This document shows, in pieces, positions 46,840 through 57,634 of a DNA stretch of 64,000 nt. The first letter of the stretch is position 1. Every line of letters begins with the position of its first letter. A program made the position numbers and the translations under genes. A model generated the notes under the pieces. The model was not told where the DNA came from, made no database searches, and saw only the letters and a list, made by a program, of their open reading frames with translations. The DNA comes from a virus, in IMG/VR virus record IMGVR_UViG_3300049070_000180, positions 4,580 through 68,579 of that record. One strand, written 5' to 3'.

Positions 46840-48339
46840 TCAAACCATTACCCACGGGTCGGCAGCTATCTCGGTGGTGCGCTCAATGTGGTCGGATACG
46901 ACAACCGAGACGAGCGGGCAGATGTCCCCAGAGGACTTCTTGCGGGAGAACCGCTCTACGTCCCCGGACGGCGACGTGGCCGCATCCCGGATCGCCTGGT
47001 TCAGGGTGTGCTGATCGATGTGCCGGCCCCGGTCCTCGATCACGTCACCGTGGAAAGCGCCCCACGCCTGGACCAACTCCCGGCCGGACACGGCGACAAC
47101 CTCGAACCCCCCCGCCTTCAGAGGCTCAGTCAGTGCGCCCGCCGGGCCGGACGGGTCCAAGCCGACGAATGCGCCGAACTCCAGCGGATCCACGCCCGCG
47201 ACTCCGTCCCGGAGCTCTTCCAGATGCGGGGCGACCCACCCGACACCGGTGTCATGACGCAGCACCTGCCAGTGCCGCTTACCGTCCTTGCGGACACCGG
47301 TCATGCTGATTGCCGCGGAACGCTGGTCAGGGGAGACATCCACCGCCACGCCGACCGGGCCGACAGCGGCTGACTCAGTGTCCCGCCTGTCCTGCCACAG
47401 AACCTCAGAGATGAGCCCCTCGGCGTCTAGCGGGATCTCATGCCAGCCCAGCCGCTCTCGGCCGAACCCGACCGGTGAGAGCGTCGCCCGCTCGTCGCGG
47501 ATGTTGTCCATCGTGACCCGGTTGCCTCGGCTGTAGTGGACGGCATGGTTGCCCAACGGCCACTGCGACTCGTCGTCAAGTCGACACCCATCAGTCCCCG
47601 GCAGGTGCATGCATCTGTTGCCCAGAGGGCATCCTGGGTCCTCCCAGGAACCCGGGACGCAGTACTCGACCCAGATCAGCGACCGGTCGCCGCCCTTGCG
47701 CCCACGCTTGATCAGCTTATGCAGATGGGTTGACGTTTTCTTCGCCGCAGACGAGCCGTACATCAGCTGCGAGTTCTTCCGGGCTGACAACGTCGGCATG
47801 AGGGCATCCATCGCGTCCGAGGACAGGATCAGCGCCTCGTCGAACACCACCCGCTTACCGCCGAGCCCGCGTCCGCCGCCGCGCTCACGGGCCATGAACT
47901 CAAGCAGCGCGCCCGGCTCCCCCGGCTTCTCCTTGCGCGGGTGAAGCTCAATGAACTCCTCGCCGTGGCTGTAGCTGATCTTCTTGACACGGCGGGACAG
48001 AACGGCTGCGGCCTCGATATACCGGCAGAAGTTGGTGAACGTCGCCCTCGACGTCCGGAACAAGTGAGCTGTCCAGCAGATGCGGTCCGGCTCGCCGAGC
48101 CAGAGGTCGTAGATGACCACCGGTTCCATGACGTTCGTGGTCTTGCCGTTCTGGCGGGCCTCGATGATGGCCGACTCTTTGGTCAACCACCGACCCTCCG
48201 GGCCGAAAGACGCCATCGCGTCGATCGCGGCGCACTGCTCCTCGTCCGGGTCCAGTCCGGCCAGCCGGGCGAGGTCGATGGCCTCGTCGCCGTGCGAACC
48301 GACTCGGGGTGGGATCCACAGGTGGGCTGGCTCGATCAC
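46840..48339 (-). CDS. terL: Terminase large subunit
   Basis: ARQNGKT Walker A, VVFDEA Walker B, AVDVSP nuclease motif. Confidence 0.93.
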   Translation of the reverse strand: MIEPAHLWIPPRVGSHGDEAIDLARLAGLDPDEEQCAAIDAMASFGPEGRWLTKESAIIEARQNGKTTNVMEPVVIYDLWLGEPDRICWTAHLFRTSRATFTNFCRYIEAAAVLSRRVKKISYSHGEEFIELHPRKEKPGEPGALLEFMARERGGGRGLGGKRVVFDEALILSSDAMDALMPTLSARKNSQLMYGSSAAKKTSTHLHKLIKRGRKGGDRSLIWVEYCVPGSWEDPGCPLGNRCMHLPGTDGCRLDDESQWPLGNHAVHYSRGNRVTMDNIRDERATLSPVGFGRERLGWHEIPLDAEGLISEVLWQDRRDTESAAVGPVGVAVDVSPDQRSAAISMTGVRKDGKRHWQVLRHDTGVGWVAPHLEELRDGVAGVDPLEFGAFVGLDPSGPAGALTEPLKAGGFEVVAVSGRELVQAWGAFHGDVIEDRGRHIDQHTLNQAIRDAATSPSGDVERFSRKKSSGDICPLVSVVVSDHIERTTEIAADPWVMV

Positions 48340-48427
48340 GTGGGGCCTCCCGCGCGTCGTGCCGACTATCCAGCTGGCCAGACCTACCGGCGATCAGGCG
48401 TCGTCATGGCGCGGACCCTGACGACGA

Positions 48428-48865
48428 CTAGGCCCCGCTGACCTTCCGGTCACGTCGGGCGGCAAGTTCGTCGAGCTCGTCCGGCTGCTTCGGGGCGCCG
48501 GCCATCGCGACGTCCAGCGCCGCGCGTAACTCCCTCGACAACGCCGCCGCGCCTGACGCCGTGTGCTGCCCGTTCTCGAACAACGCCGCCAGATGCAGCA
48601 CCGACGCGCCCTCAGGAGAGTCCAGCCGGTCAGCGTCTGCCAGCACCTTGCGGTAGGCCCCGACCAGCGACGGAGCAGGATCTGGGGCCTCTGCCTCTGC
48701 GGGCCTGTCAGGCATCTTGATCAGGCGCGGGTTCGGTCGACCCCTCGGCGGGCGGCACGACTCGCAGAATTTGCGGGGTCGACACGCCACCTTCTGCGGC
48801 GGAATCACCGCCCCGCAGTCCTGGCAAAGCCTCTGACCTGCGGAAACACTAGTCGGGCCAGCCAC
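48428..48865 (-). CDS. Terminase small subunit-like protein
   Basis: Position; AAL.RELR...DELDELAARR C-terminus; N-terminal Zn finger. Confidence 0.7.
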   Translation of the reverse strand: MAGPTSVSAGQRLCQDCGAVIPPQKVACRPRKFCESCRPPRGRPNPRLIKMPDRPAEAEAPDPAPSLVGAYRKVLADADRLDSPEGASVLHLAALFENGQHTASGAAALSRELRAALDVAMAGAPKQPDELDELAARRDRKVSGA

Positions 48866-48869
48866 GGCT

Positions 48870-48952
48870 TACGTCTTCGTTCGAGAGAGAAAAGGGGACA
48901 GGGCAGGGTGATCCGAGTGGTTCTTGATCACGTCCTACCCCCTCCCCCCTAC
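48870..48952. other. Probable cos/genome-end region
   Basis: GGGGGAGGGGG...TTTTTCTCTCTC on the minus strand between HNH and terS, typical of HNH-assisted cos phages. Confidence 0.45.
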
Positions 48953-49249
48953 CCTGGGTGATGTCGTCGTGTACCGGCTGTTGCCGCGCGTGCCGTTGCC
49001 GCGGGCAGAGTTGCATCCCAGGTGTGCTGCCCTGCAGTTGTCGGGATCTTTCTCGTTTCCGCCAAGCGATTTGGGAACGATGAGGTCGACGCTGGCCTGC
49101 GTAGGGTGCATGGGCCTGGGTGGTACCTGGGGTATGGCACGGGTGGGGTACCGGCAGTGGGGTACCTGGCAGGTCCAGTGGTCACGCTCGAGGACCCAGA
49201 GGCGAAGTCTTCGCCATGGTCGTCCGGAGTGGTGGTTGGGGCCTGCCAT
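48935..49249 (-). CDS. Packaging-associated HNH endonuclease
   Basis: W..LR..VL.RD...C...SVDLIVPKSLGG...DPDNCRAAHLGCNSARG. Confidence 0.8.
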   Translation of the reverse strand: MAGPNHHSGRPWRRLRLWVLERDHWTCQVPHCRYPTRAIPQVPPRPMHPTQASVDLIVPKSLGGNEKDPDNCRAAHLGCNSARGNGTRGNSRYTTTSPRVGGRG

Positions 49250-49274
49250 GCCCACCACCTCCGTGGGGTGCTGC

Positions 49275-49694
49275 CTACCAGCAGGCTCCTGCGTGGGACT
49301 GTCCGCTCCGGTACTGGCGTTCGAAGGCCTTGATGCTGGCGCAGAACCCGTCGAGCACACCTGAGGCGATGGAGTCGTCCATGGTGGCGCCGGGTTGCAT
49401 GGGGGTCCATACGCCGGGGGCTAGCTGGATGGCTTCGGTGTGGCCCTTGGTTTCGTACCAGTTGCGCACTTGGTGGGGCAGGGTGTTGACCTTGACCACC
49501 TTCGGATAGCCAGCTGGTAGGGCGACGGCTGGCGCCTCAGGTGTTGTGGTGACCGTGGGTACGATGACCGGGGTCGGTGCCCCGGTTGTGGTGGAGGTGC
49601 CGGTGGCTGGTGTGCTCACGCTTGGTTCGGGGCTGGAGCAGCCGGCCAATCCGATGATGACGCAGAGTCCGGCTACGAATAGTCCTTTGCGCAC
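49275..49694 (-). CDS. Lipoprotein
   Basis: MRK + hydrophobic stretch + LAGC lipobox; Pro/Thr linker. Confidence 0.7.
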   Translation of the reverse strand: MRKGLFVAGLCVIIGLAGCSSPEPSVSTPATGTSTTTGAPTPVIVPTVTTTPEAPAVALPAGYPKVVKVNTLPHQVRNWYETKGHTEAIQLAPGVWTPMQPGATMDDSIASGVLDGFCASIKAFERQYRSGQSHAGACW

Positions 49695-49755
49695 GATAGT
49701 CACCTTCCGTTGGATGCGCCCCTTGCATCGCAGAACGGATGGTAGACGTGTTGGG

Positions 49756-49941
49756 TTAGGTAGTGGAGGGTACGGGCTGCATCCGCTTGTACTTGCCGCA
49801 GGACAGGCATGCCGTGGTTCGCTCGCCGAGATACTCGACGACTGGACCCGCGTAGTAGTGCCTACCCCAGCCATGGATGAGCGCGCAGCCGGCGAGCTTC
49901 AGAACGATGCCGACCTTGCATCGCAGCGCGTACCAGGACAT
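49756..49941 (-). CDS. Small hypothetical protein
   Basis: RBS; C..CG motif. Confidence 0.5.
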   Translation of the reverse strand: MSWYALRCKVGIVLKLAGCALIHGWGRHYYAGPVVEYLGERTTACLSCGKYKRMQPVPSTT

Positions 49942-49952
49942 GGTCGCCCCCT

Positions 49953-50262
49953 TCAGATTGCGCTGGCGTCCACACTCAGCCCACGTCCAGCTTGAGGTTC
50001 TAGGGCCTCGCACGGCAGGCCGAGGGAGCAGGCGCACTGCTCGACCGTGAGGCCCCTGAGCGTGTTGCTGCGGGCCGTGTTGCACCGCCGTGCGCCAGCA
50101 TCAGTGGTCGGCCGTTCGGGACCATGGGCTTCGGTCGTCCAGCGTCTGGTCCACCCATTCTTGGCAGTACCAGCAGTCGGTCTCCTCGCGGAACACCTGC
50201 TGCTGGACGGTGCGCCATGGCCTGCCGACCCGACCCGCCTGTGTAGCTGGGGAGCGGCTCAC
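49953..50262 (-). pseudogene. Disrupted HNH endonuclease
   Basis: GRPWR...CWYC...SRTADH-stop; LAH and RRCNTARSN continue in other frames. Confidence 0.7.
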
Positions 50263-50798
50263 GGCTCGCGGAGGATGGTGAACGGGCCGTGCACACCGCC
50301 GCTGTGGTGGGCAGCGGCTTCCAAGGCTTTGCGTACCCGGGTGTCCGGCTTGAGGTTGCGGGTGGCGTGGAGTGCGCCGAGTGCGATCTCCCAGCCGCAA
50401 CCAACGGCGTCGTAGCCGTCGCGCGACCGGCCCACCTGGTAGTCCCCACCTACCTCGTAGAGGTACCCATGCAATCCCACGAGGAACTGGCCGCCCTCTT
50501 CGCGCTCGGAGTCCTTCTTGGCGAACCCGCCGTCCTTCAGGGCTTGGCGGATGCCGTCGACGAACTCGGTGACCATGAACCGGTCCAGGTCGTCGCCGGA
50601 GCGGTCGAGGGGCTTGGGGAGGTCGGCGTAGCGGATGATCTGACCCATCCGGAAGCTGGTAGTGAAGCCGATCAGGTAGTCACCGTTGGCGAACACCTTG
50701 GGGTCGGCGCGGTGGACCTTCACCCAGCCGGCCAGGCCAGCGCTGTCGCCACCGATGATGACCCCGTCAGGTGTCTCGATCCCCACGATGCAGGTCAC
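50259..50798 (-). CDS. HslV/proteasome-beta-like Ntn protease
   Basis: MTCIVG...GGDS...KVF...AVGCG...ALGAL...V.GPF. Confidence 0.8.
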   Translation of the reverse strand: MTCIVGIETPDGVIIGGDSAGLAGWVKVHRADPKVFANGDYLIGFTTSFRMGQIIRYADLPKPLDRSGDDLDRFMVTEFVDGIRQALKDGGFAKKDSEREEGGQFLVGLHGYLYEVGGDYQVGRSRDGYDAVGCGWEIALGALHATRNLKPDTRVRKALEAAAHHSGGVHGPFTILREP

Positions 50799-52879
50799 GG
50801 CACCTCGATCTCTTCAGCCGGTTCACTGCCCGAGGGGTGGTAGAGGGCGCAGTGGCGGATGGCGTCGGCATGACAAGCCGCCCACGGGTGGGGCCAGCGG
50901 TCCACGAAGTACTCGTTGCCGGTCCAGCCGCCGGAGTGGTGGCAGCGCCAGATCCAGGCGCCGGCCATCTTCAGTACCTGAGGCTTGGACACGAGACCTC
51001 CGATGTGTTCGCGCCAGCCCTTGGTCTCAAGCCCGCTGGTGGAGATCATCCCGGTGGTCTGCCTGGGCTCAGCGGCCCTGATTCATCCCATGTCCCGCTC
51101 GAATTCGAGGTATGTCAGTACCGACGTCAGGCCGTCCCGCGACGGGTGTGGATCCCACGCCATCGCGCCGTCGCGGTACACCACGGCATGCCTCTCCACG
51201 CTGCGGGTCGTGAAGCCGAACGCCAGCCCGAACGCAGGCGGGGAGTCCTTCGGACCGCGCCAGACGATCCGGTAGCCGGCCGCCTGCACCCAGGCCTCGA
51301 ACTCCGCCTCCCAATCGCCATTGGTCTCAACAAAGTGCGGCACGTCTCCAACGTCGAGGTCGAGGAGGCTCGCGACTGCGGCCTGCAGACAGTTGCCAGG
51401 CCGACCAGACGGATCGCCAAGCAGGATGGTCTGGACGACCTCACTCACGGCGGGCCTTGGCGTCGGTCATGGCTCGCTCGCCACCCTCAACAGCAGGTTC
51501 TGCAGCCTGGAAGCCAGGGATGATCTCCGCTTGGCCCACACCATGAACTCTCGGCGTGACCCTCGGTCAAGAGCGCGGTCGATGCGGTAGTCGGCGTCCT
51601 GGAGTTGGATGTGGAGACCGGCTACCTGGGACTCGATGGTCGCCGACAGCATGACGCACCGTGACCAGCTCAGACCTGGACGGCGCGGTCGACGAGTTCG
51701 GCGAAGTGGCGGTCGAGGCTCCGGCGTGCGCGACGTTTGGTCCAGCCGTGGCCGGCGCGGGTCCAGGCGTTGCTCGTGGTCGGCTCCGCGAGGTAGCCGT
51801 TCCAGTAAGAGCGCCGCTGCCAGCCGCTCCGGAACCCCGAGCGGAGCTTCCTGAATGCCCAGGCCAGGTGCGACGGCGCCCGAAGGGCCGTACGCCACAC
51901 GATGCGCAGGTCATGCAGAGCGCCGACGGGGTAGATGCTGACCCCATCGTCCACGGCGTGCATCACTGCCGACCGCCCACGGGCCGCACGTGGCGAGCCT
52001 CGACGAGGAGGGTCTGGCCGTTGTCGTGGAGACGGATGACGCAATCAGCACCCCGGACTTCGAGTAGGTCCGCCCTGCTCCAGACGTCTCCGGTGGGGTT
52101 CCACTCAACCATTTGCAGTCTCCTCAAGCATTGTGCCGACCTCGGCCCACTCGCGCAGCTTCGAGCAGAGCCGGATGCTTAGCTGGGTGATCTCCCAGTC
52201 GCGCTGGAGCCGGCCGGCCTCCTCGGACAGGTGCTCTGCGCAGGCCCACGAGATCACCGCGTCGCCGTGGCGTTCGATCCGCCACATGGGCTCGCCGTCG
52301 CAGATGGCGCAGTAGAAGGCGCGACTCATGCCAGCCTCCCTAGGTACCGGCTAGCTCGGAGAGGGGGGTTGGTGGTGAGCATGGGACATGCCGATCACCG
52401 GGTCGCAGAGTGCAGCGGGGTCATCACGCATCCGCAGCCTGAGGTGGGCCTGCCGACGTCGTGGGAACTGGTGAGGGAGTAGTGCTTGCAGCACCAGCCG
52501 TGGGAGGTGTCACTAGCCGGGTTCGGGCTGGTGACGAGCGGCCGTCCGCGCTCGAAGGCCGCGATCAGGTCCTCCACGGGCTCGTCGTCCTCGTAGAAGT
52601 CGCCGCTCTTGACCATGGCAGGCTCTCCTACAGGTAGGGCGTGAACAGGTGCACCCACAGCCAGCTCAAGATCACACCGCCGAGGGGGGCCGAGATCAGG
52701 AGCTTCCAGTTCACCCGCTTCGGCTGGCCGGGCTGCGGCTCGGGCTCGTGGGCGCCGACGCGATCGCGGATCCACTGCGTGAGGGTCGGCTTGCCGGTGA
52801 CCTTGGCGTAGATCTCCAGGCCGACGAAGCCGACCACGGCGCCGATCAGGTACGCCGGCCAGGCGGTGTTCATGTCCAT
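50795..52879 (-). CDS. Small hypothetical genes (50795-51049, 51083-51448, 51467-51652, 51670-51963, 52105-52329, ~52395-52616, 52628-52879 membrane)
   Basis: RBS-led ORFs; 51083-51448 has GNCLQAAVASLL...HAVV...DPHP (papain-like Cys/His/Asp). Confidence 0.55.
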
Positions 52880-53016
52880 GGCCTGCTCCGCTGCGCGAAG
52901 GGATGGGATGGGGCTGCACTTCCCCGACGTGCAGAAAGCCCCGGTCCAGAGGGGACACGGGGCAAGGGTCGATGCAGACAATGGTGCATCTTGGATCAAG
53001 ATACGTTGGCCGCTGG

Positions 53017-53217
53017 TCAGGCGCAAGCATCGTCCGATTCGGTGTGTCGACGCTCGTAGCTGGCCTGCGCGTCCCAGAGGTTCCACTGGCGCTTACGACG
53101 GGAGCCGTAAGGATGCCAGTGGTCGACGCTGGCCCAGTAGCGCACCGTGCCGACAGCAACGCCGTAGTGGACAGCCACGGCGGCGGTGTCGAGGAGGACG
53201 GCGCGCTGCTTGATCAT
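53017..53217 (-). CDS. HTH DNA-binding protein
   Basis: DT.A.A...GV..GTVRYWAS. Confidence 0.7.
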   Translation of the reverse strand: MIKQRAVLLDTAAVAVHYGVAVGTVRYWASVDHWHPYGSRRKRQWNLWDAQASYERRHTESDDACA

Positions 53218-53397
53218 GGTTCGGGTTTGACCACAGTGACAGGACCGTAGTTGCCTGCGATCTTGCACCAGGACTCCGCTTCACCGGACGGGCAGCACTC
53301 GTGCACCCAATAGCCCTCACCGTGGCGTTCCCAGCGGACACCGAGGTCGTCCTTCACCACGGTCCCAACGCCGGGCTCGGGGTCGACCGAGGTCAGC

Positions 53398-54156
53398 TCA
53401 CCCATTGCTCACCACTCCCAACGTCGCTCCGAGGTGCAGCCACTCTCTGCGGGACCACTCCCTGTGGCATCCCCGGCACTTGATGGTGTCCCCGTCGAGT
53501 GGGGCCCACAGCGGGGTGTCGCAGGTCTTCTCACCTACCAGTGTGGGGCATCGGCCGACCGGGAGGGGTTTGTGCTCGCCGTTGAATTGGCGCAGGGAGC
53601 CTCGGACCTCTTTGAGTTCCTTCCACATGTCGTCCACCCAGGGTTGGCGGGTGATGAAGTCGAGACGCCGGATGAGCAGGGCGACTTCGCCGGTGACCGT
53701 CGCGGGACTGTTAGGAGGTTGCTCACCGACGTCCTCGCGGACCATCCGGGCCCACGACTCGACCACGACGAGCGGGTTGTGGATGGGAACCTGCTCGGTC
53801 CACGTGGTTCGCGGGTCGGTGAGGACGATGGTCTGGTCGTTCGCCGGTGAGCGAGAGCCGAACCCAGGTCCGCGGCGAGCGCCAGGAGCAACCACCGGCA
53901 GCAGCGCGCCTGGGCGGACGACCGCGGCGTAGAGATCGGGGATCTCCTTCAGGCATTCCCGGATGAGGTCCGCGCACCGGTCGCAGGTCATGTAACCCTG
54001 CGTGCGGCGGCGTGGCGGGTTCTTTGTGCACGTGATGCACCGGTCGCGTTCGTCGCGCTGCCCCTTGTGGAGGTGTCCACAGCCACCCTCGATGGAGCAG
54101 GAGCCGAAGGTGGAACTCTGGCCATGACAGAGGCAGGAACACGCTTGATCAGTCAC
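53398..54156 (-). CDS. Zn-finger protein (putative late-gene regulator of actinophages)
   Basis: CxxC...GSRSP...SWAR.V.E...G.CP...C...L...I.CxxC...W; precedes an HTH gene and a non-coding gap. Confidence 0.6.
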   Translation of the reverse strand: MTDQACSCLCHGQSSTFGSCSIEGGCGHLHKGQRDERDRCITCTKNPPRRRTQGYMTCDRCADLIRECLKEIPDLYAAVVRPGALLPVVAPGARRGPGFGSRSPANDQTIVLTDPRTTWTEQVPIHNPLVVVESWARMVREDVGEQPPNSPATVTGEVALLIRRLDFITRQPWVDDMWKELKEVRGSLRQFNGEHKPLPVGRCPTLVGEKTCDTPLWAPLDGDTIKCRGCHREWSRREWLHLGATLGVVSNG

Positions 54157-54166
54157 TGGCGTCTCC

Positions 54167-55357
54167 TCAGTCCGGCCACTCGAGCAGGTACGCGTCCCGG
54201 TCCGACACCATCTCGCCGACCCGGTAGACCACAAGTCGATCAGCACCCTCGATGTAGAGCAGGTCACCCTCGGTGTAGACGTGTGGGTTGCAGCGCCCGT
54301 TGCGGATCTTCTCGAGCAGGCCGGCGTAGATCAGTGTGCGGGGATCGGCGCGGTCGATACGGAGCCGACCGTCGCCGAGGACGGAGATGACGCAGTCCCC
54401 AACGTCGGCAACGTCACGTAGGACAGGGGAGCGCATGCGAGAGCCGAGGAAGGTCACCGCAGCACCGCCTTCGCCGTGCGTCCTATCCGGCCGTCAGCCC
54501 ACCGCTTCAACCGCGCAGCATGAGCCTCCGTGTGGTGACTGCGCTTGGTGTCACACGGCCACAGTTGATGGCATACGGCGCACTCGACGAAGACGGGCCA
54601 CCAGTGCCCACAGCACATCTCAGGATCCGGGCAGTAGAAGTACCTCGGGTGGTGAGATGTAACTGAAGTGGTCACGGCGCCTTCCCGGTCAGTTCCCGCC
54701 GAATGCGCTCGGCGTCGGCCCGCATTTGCTCGCCGACCAGCTGCCACTTCCGCTCAGACTCCCGGTGTGCCGCCTCCCAGCGGGCTACAGCGGCTGCTCG
54801 GCGCTCTCGGCCTTCCCGCCAATGCAGCCACAGCGACAGGCGGGCACCTGCCCACGACACCAGCACGGCGAACGCCAGGTAGGCGGCGAACACCAAGATG
54901 ACCTGAAAAGCGGTCATGGCCCCTCCAGCCGGTCTGAGATGAACATCCACACCGGACATGGCCACGACTCCGGCACCGGATCGCCGTCGATCTCACTCGG
55001 CGGCTGCGGGCACTCACCGCAGTTCGGGTACCGGTCGTCGCTGCCCGGGGCGTGGGCGTTAAGCAGGGCGTTGAGGATCCGGTCGGTGATGACGCCGAGC
55101 ATCCACATGTGGCGCTCGCGGTTGGCGCGGTCCTCGGCGATCGCTTCAGCCTCAGCCGCAGCGATCCGGGCCTCTTCCTCCGGTGTACGTACCACCTTCA
55201 CCCAAGGCTCCGGGCAGCCCGGATTCGGATCCACATGCTGGATCCACCCGACGGCCATGTTGTAGTAGATGGGCCGACCGCAACCGCCGCAGCGGTTGTT
55301 TCCGATGGGCAGGTAGTAGGACAGCTTGCGGACACCGATGAGCGGCTGGTCGGTCAT
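54167..55357 (-). CDS. Four small genes (54167-54457, 54454-54675, 54672-54917, 54914-55357)
   Basis: Coupled ORFs, all starting MT. Confidence 0.55.
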
Positions 55358-55758
55358 GGAGCCTCCACACTCGTCGGGGTGGCAGCGGGAGCGTTGGCGA
55401 TCTCCAGCAAGACGTCGGCGTGGCACGCTTGGTCAAGCGGGCACCAGCAGGCGAGATCCTTGCCTGCGAGTTCAGCCCGTGCATGTTCGCGCATGTTCGC
55501 CGTCAGCCACGCGCCCTCGTACAGGGCGACCGCCTGTTCAACGCTCTCCACGAACGCCGAGACCACGACCTCGGCTTTCCCGATGACCTGGCCGTTGTTG
55601 CGGCTCGGGTCGCATGCTGGCTCCACCGACGCGACGTATCCGTCGCCAACGGACCAAGGGTTGCCCCAGTCTGTTGGCCGGCCGACGTACACCGCGTCCT
55701 TGGGCATCCGCCAGCCCCTTGTGCGTCGGCGTTGGATGCGGCACGGGATCCTGGTCAC
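55354..55758 (-). CDS. DUF4326 protein
   Basis: RIQRRRT.GWRMP..AVYVGRPT.WGNP...ELAGKDLACWCPLDQ.CHADVL. Confidence 0.9.
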   Translation of the reverse strand: MTRIPCRIQRRRTRGWRMPKDAVYVGRPTDWGNPWSVGDGYVASVEPACDPSRNNGQVIGKAEVVVSAFVESVEQAVALYEGAWLTANMREHARAELAGKDLACWCPLDQACHADVLLEIANAPAATPTSVEAP

Positions 55759-55900
55759 GGGGCATCACTCCAGATCCACGCTTCGTCGCAGAACCAGCAC
55801 AGGTGACTCCCGGTTCGATCGGCGCCGCAACGTCGGCACTCCTCGCCAGGATCGCCGACATCCCCGTCACTGTCCCAGTCGTCCAGGGTGAGGATGTGGG

Positions 55901-57634
55901 TCACTCGTAGCTCCTCGGCCACTCACCCGAGAGCACCTTCCTGCGGCACTCAAGAGCCTCTTCGAGGGTGTCGAAGGCCACGTCTGCGACGTCCCATTTG
56001 CTGGGCTTGCGCCCCTCGCCGAACCGCTCTCGGCCGCCCTCGCCGTTGTTGACGATGATCTCGCCCTTCTCGAAGGGCCAGAAGCGCGGCTCGCCTAGAT
56101 CCACGATCTGACCAGCCATCGGACCTTGGCCCGCAGTCAGGCTGGATGCGTCCGTGATCACGGAGAACTTCAACTGGTTGAGGTCCAGCGGGTCTAGATC
56201 GTTGAGCACGAGCAGGATGTCTTCCGCCTTGCTGGTCATCGATGCCTCCACGGCTCATCAGGGTGGTACTCAGGCCAGGAGTCGGTGCAGATCCAGCGGC
56301 CGTTCTCGTCGACTGCCGCCTTCCACATCCAGACGTAGGGATCGCCGACGTGAACGCCCAGACCCCATGCCTTGGTGATGGTCAGGATGATCTTCTTCGG
56401 TAGCTCCGGCTCCACTACGTCCATCGGCTGCGCGAGGAGCCGCTTGAGGGGCGGGGGCGGCCCCGGCAGCACCACGTTGTAGTTGCCGGCATTGATCCAG
56501 TCGCGGACCCAGCGCGCCTGTCGCTCAAGGCTCGGGTGAGCCGTATTCGGTGCTGGTGGCCACGTGAAGGTTGGAGCCTCGTCCGCTAAGCCCTCGAAGT
56601 ACAGCGCCGCCTCAACACTGGCTTCGATCTCCAACCTCTCCATAGCCGCATCAAGCCGGGCCATCAGTTCGTCGTGGCTGGCGTCTTCCCAGTCGGTCAT
56701 CGGCCCTCCCGCCGAGGTTGTCAGCCACGCCACGAGCGCCAGGGTGGGTGTGGATGTTGCAGGGCTTGGTGGGGTCCACGGCGTTGCCGATGTGCCACGG
56801 GCCTGGCTGTGCCTCGCTCGCGGCCTTCTCTCGTCTGCCGATCGCTTCCAGCAGGCGGGTGGTCAGGTCGTCGGTCACGGCGAATATCCCTTCCGGAACA
56901 CGAGATACGCGGCTAGGCGGAGCCGCCGACGCCACCGCAGCGTCGGTCCGTACACCCTCGCAATGGCCCAGATCAGGTGATCACCCGTGTTGCCGGTCTG
57001 CGCGACCGCCTTGGCGTAGTCGAACACGAGGCGGCAGTCCTCGGTGACACCCTCATAAATCGCCTCGCGCTCGGCGGTGGCGCCAGCCCGCCACGCGAGG
57101 TTGAGCAGATGCTCGACCTGGACGGTGCTCAGCGGGTCCTTCCCGATTCGGGCCTGCGACCACATCGCTCGGGCACAGTCCCGGTCGTGACCGGGAAGGG
57201 AGTAGCGGTCATGTGCGGGGATGGCGAGGTAGTCAGCCAGTTCGGTCACCGGGACCTCCTAGGGTCGATGCGACGTCGTGCTCGCCTCTTGCGGAAGATC
57301 CGGATCGCGATGGCGACACTCGCGGCGGTCGGGAGCAGGAAGCCGGCGCAAGCGATCCCCATGATCAGGTAGCCCAGGAGCACATAGCCGCTCAGATACA
57401 CAGCCAGGCCGGCGAGCATGATCGCGCCAGTGGTGAGTTGAATCCGGATCTGGTTCCGGTCTATGGCGTCTAGGGTGGACTGGAGGTCGGGGGAGGTCAT
57501 GGCCGCTCGTCCTCAACCGCGCGTCGGATCATCTCCGTGAGCTGTGGCCGCCACTCCTCAGGGATCAAATCTGGGATGGATGGGGCTCCCAAGCCTGGGG
57601 GAACGATGATGGTGGGGTCGTGGTGCTCAGCCAT
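55901..57634 (-). CDS. Small hypothetical genes (55901-56239, 56236-56700, truncated 56651-56878, 56875-57249, 57246-57500, 57497-57634)
   Basis: Coupled ORFs with RBSs. Confidence 0.55.
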
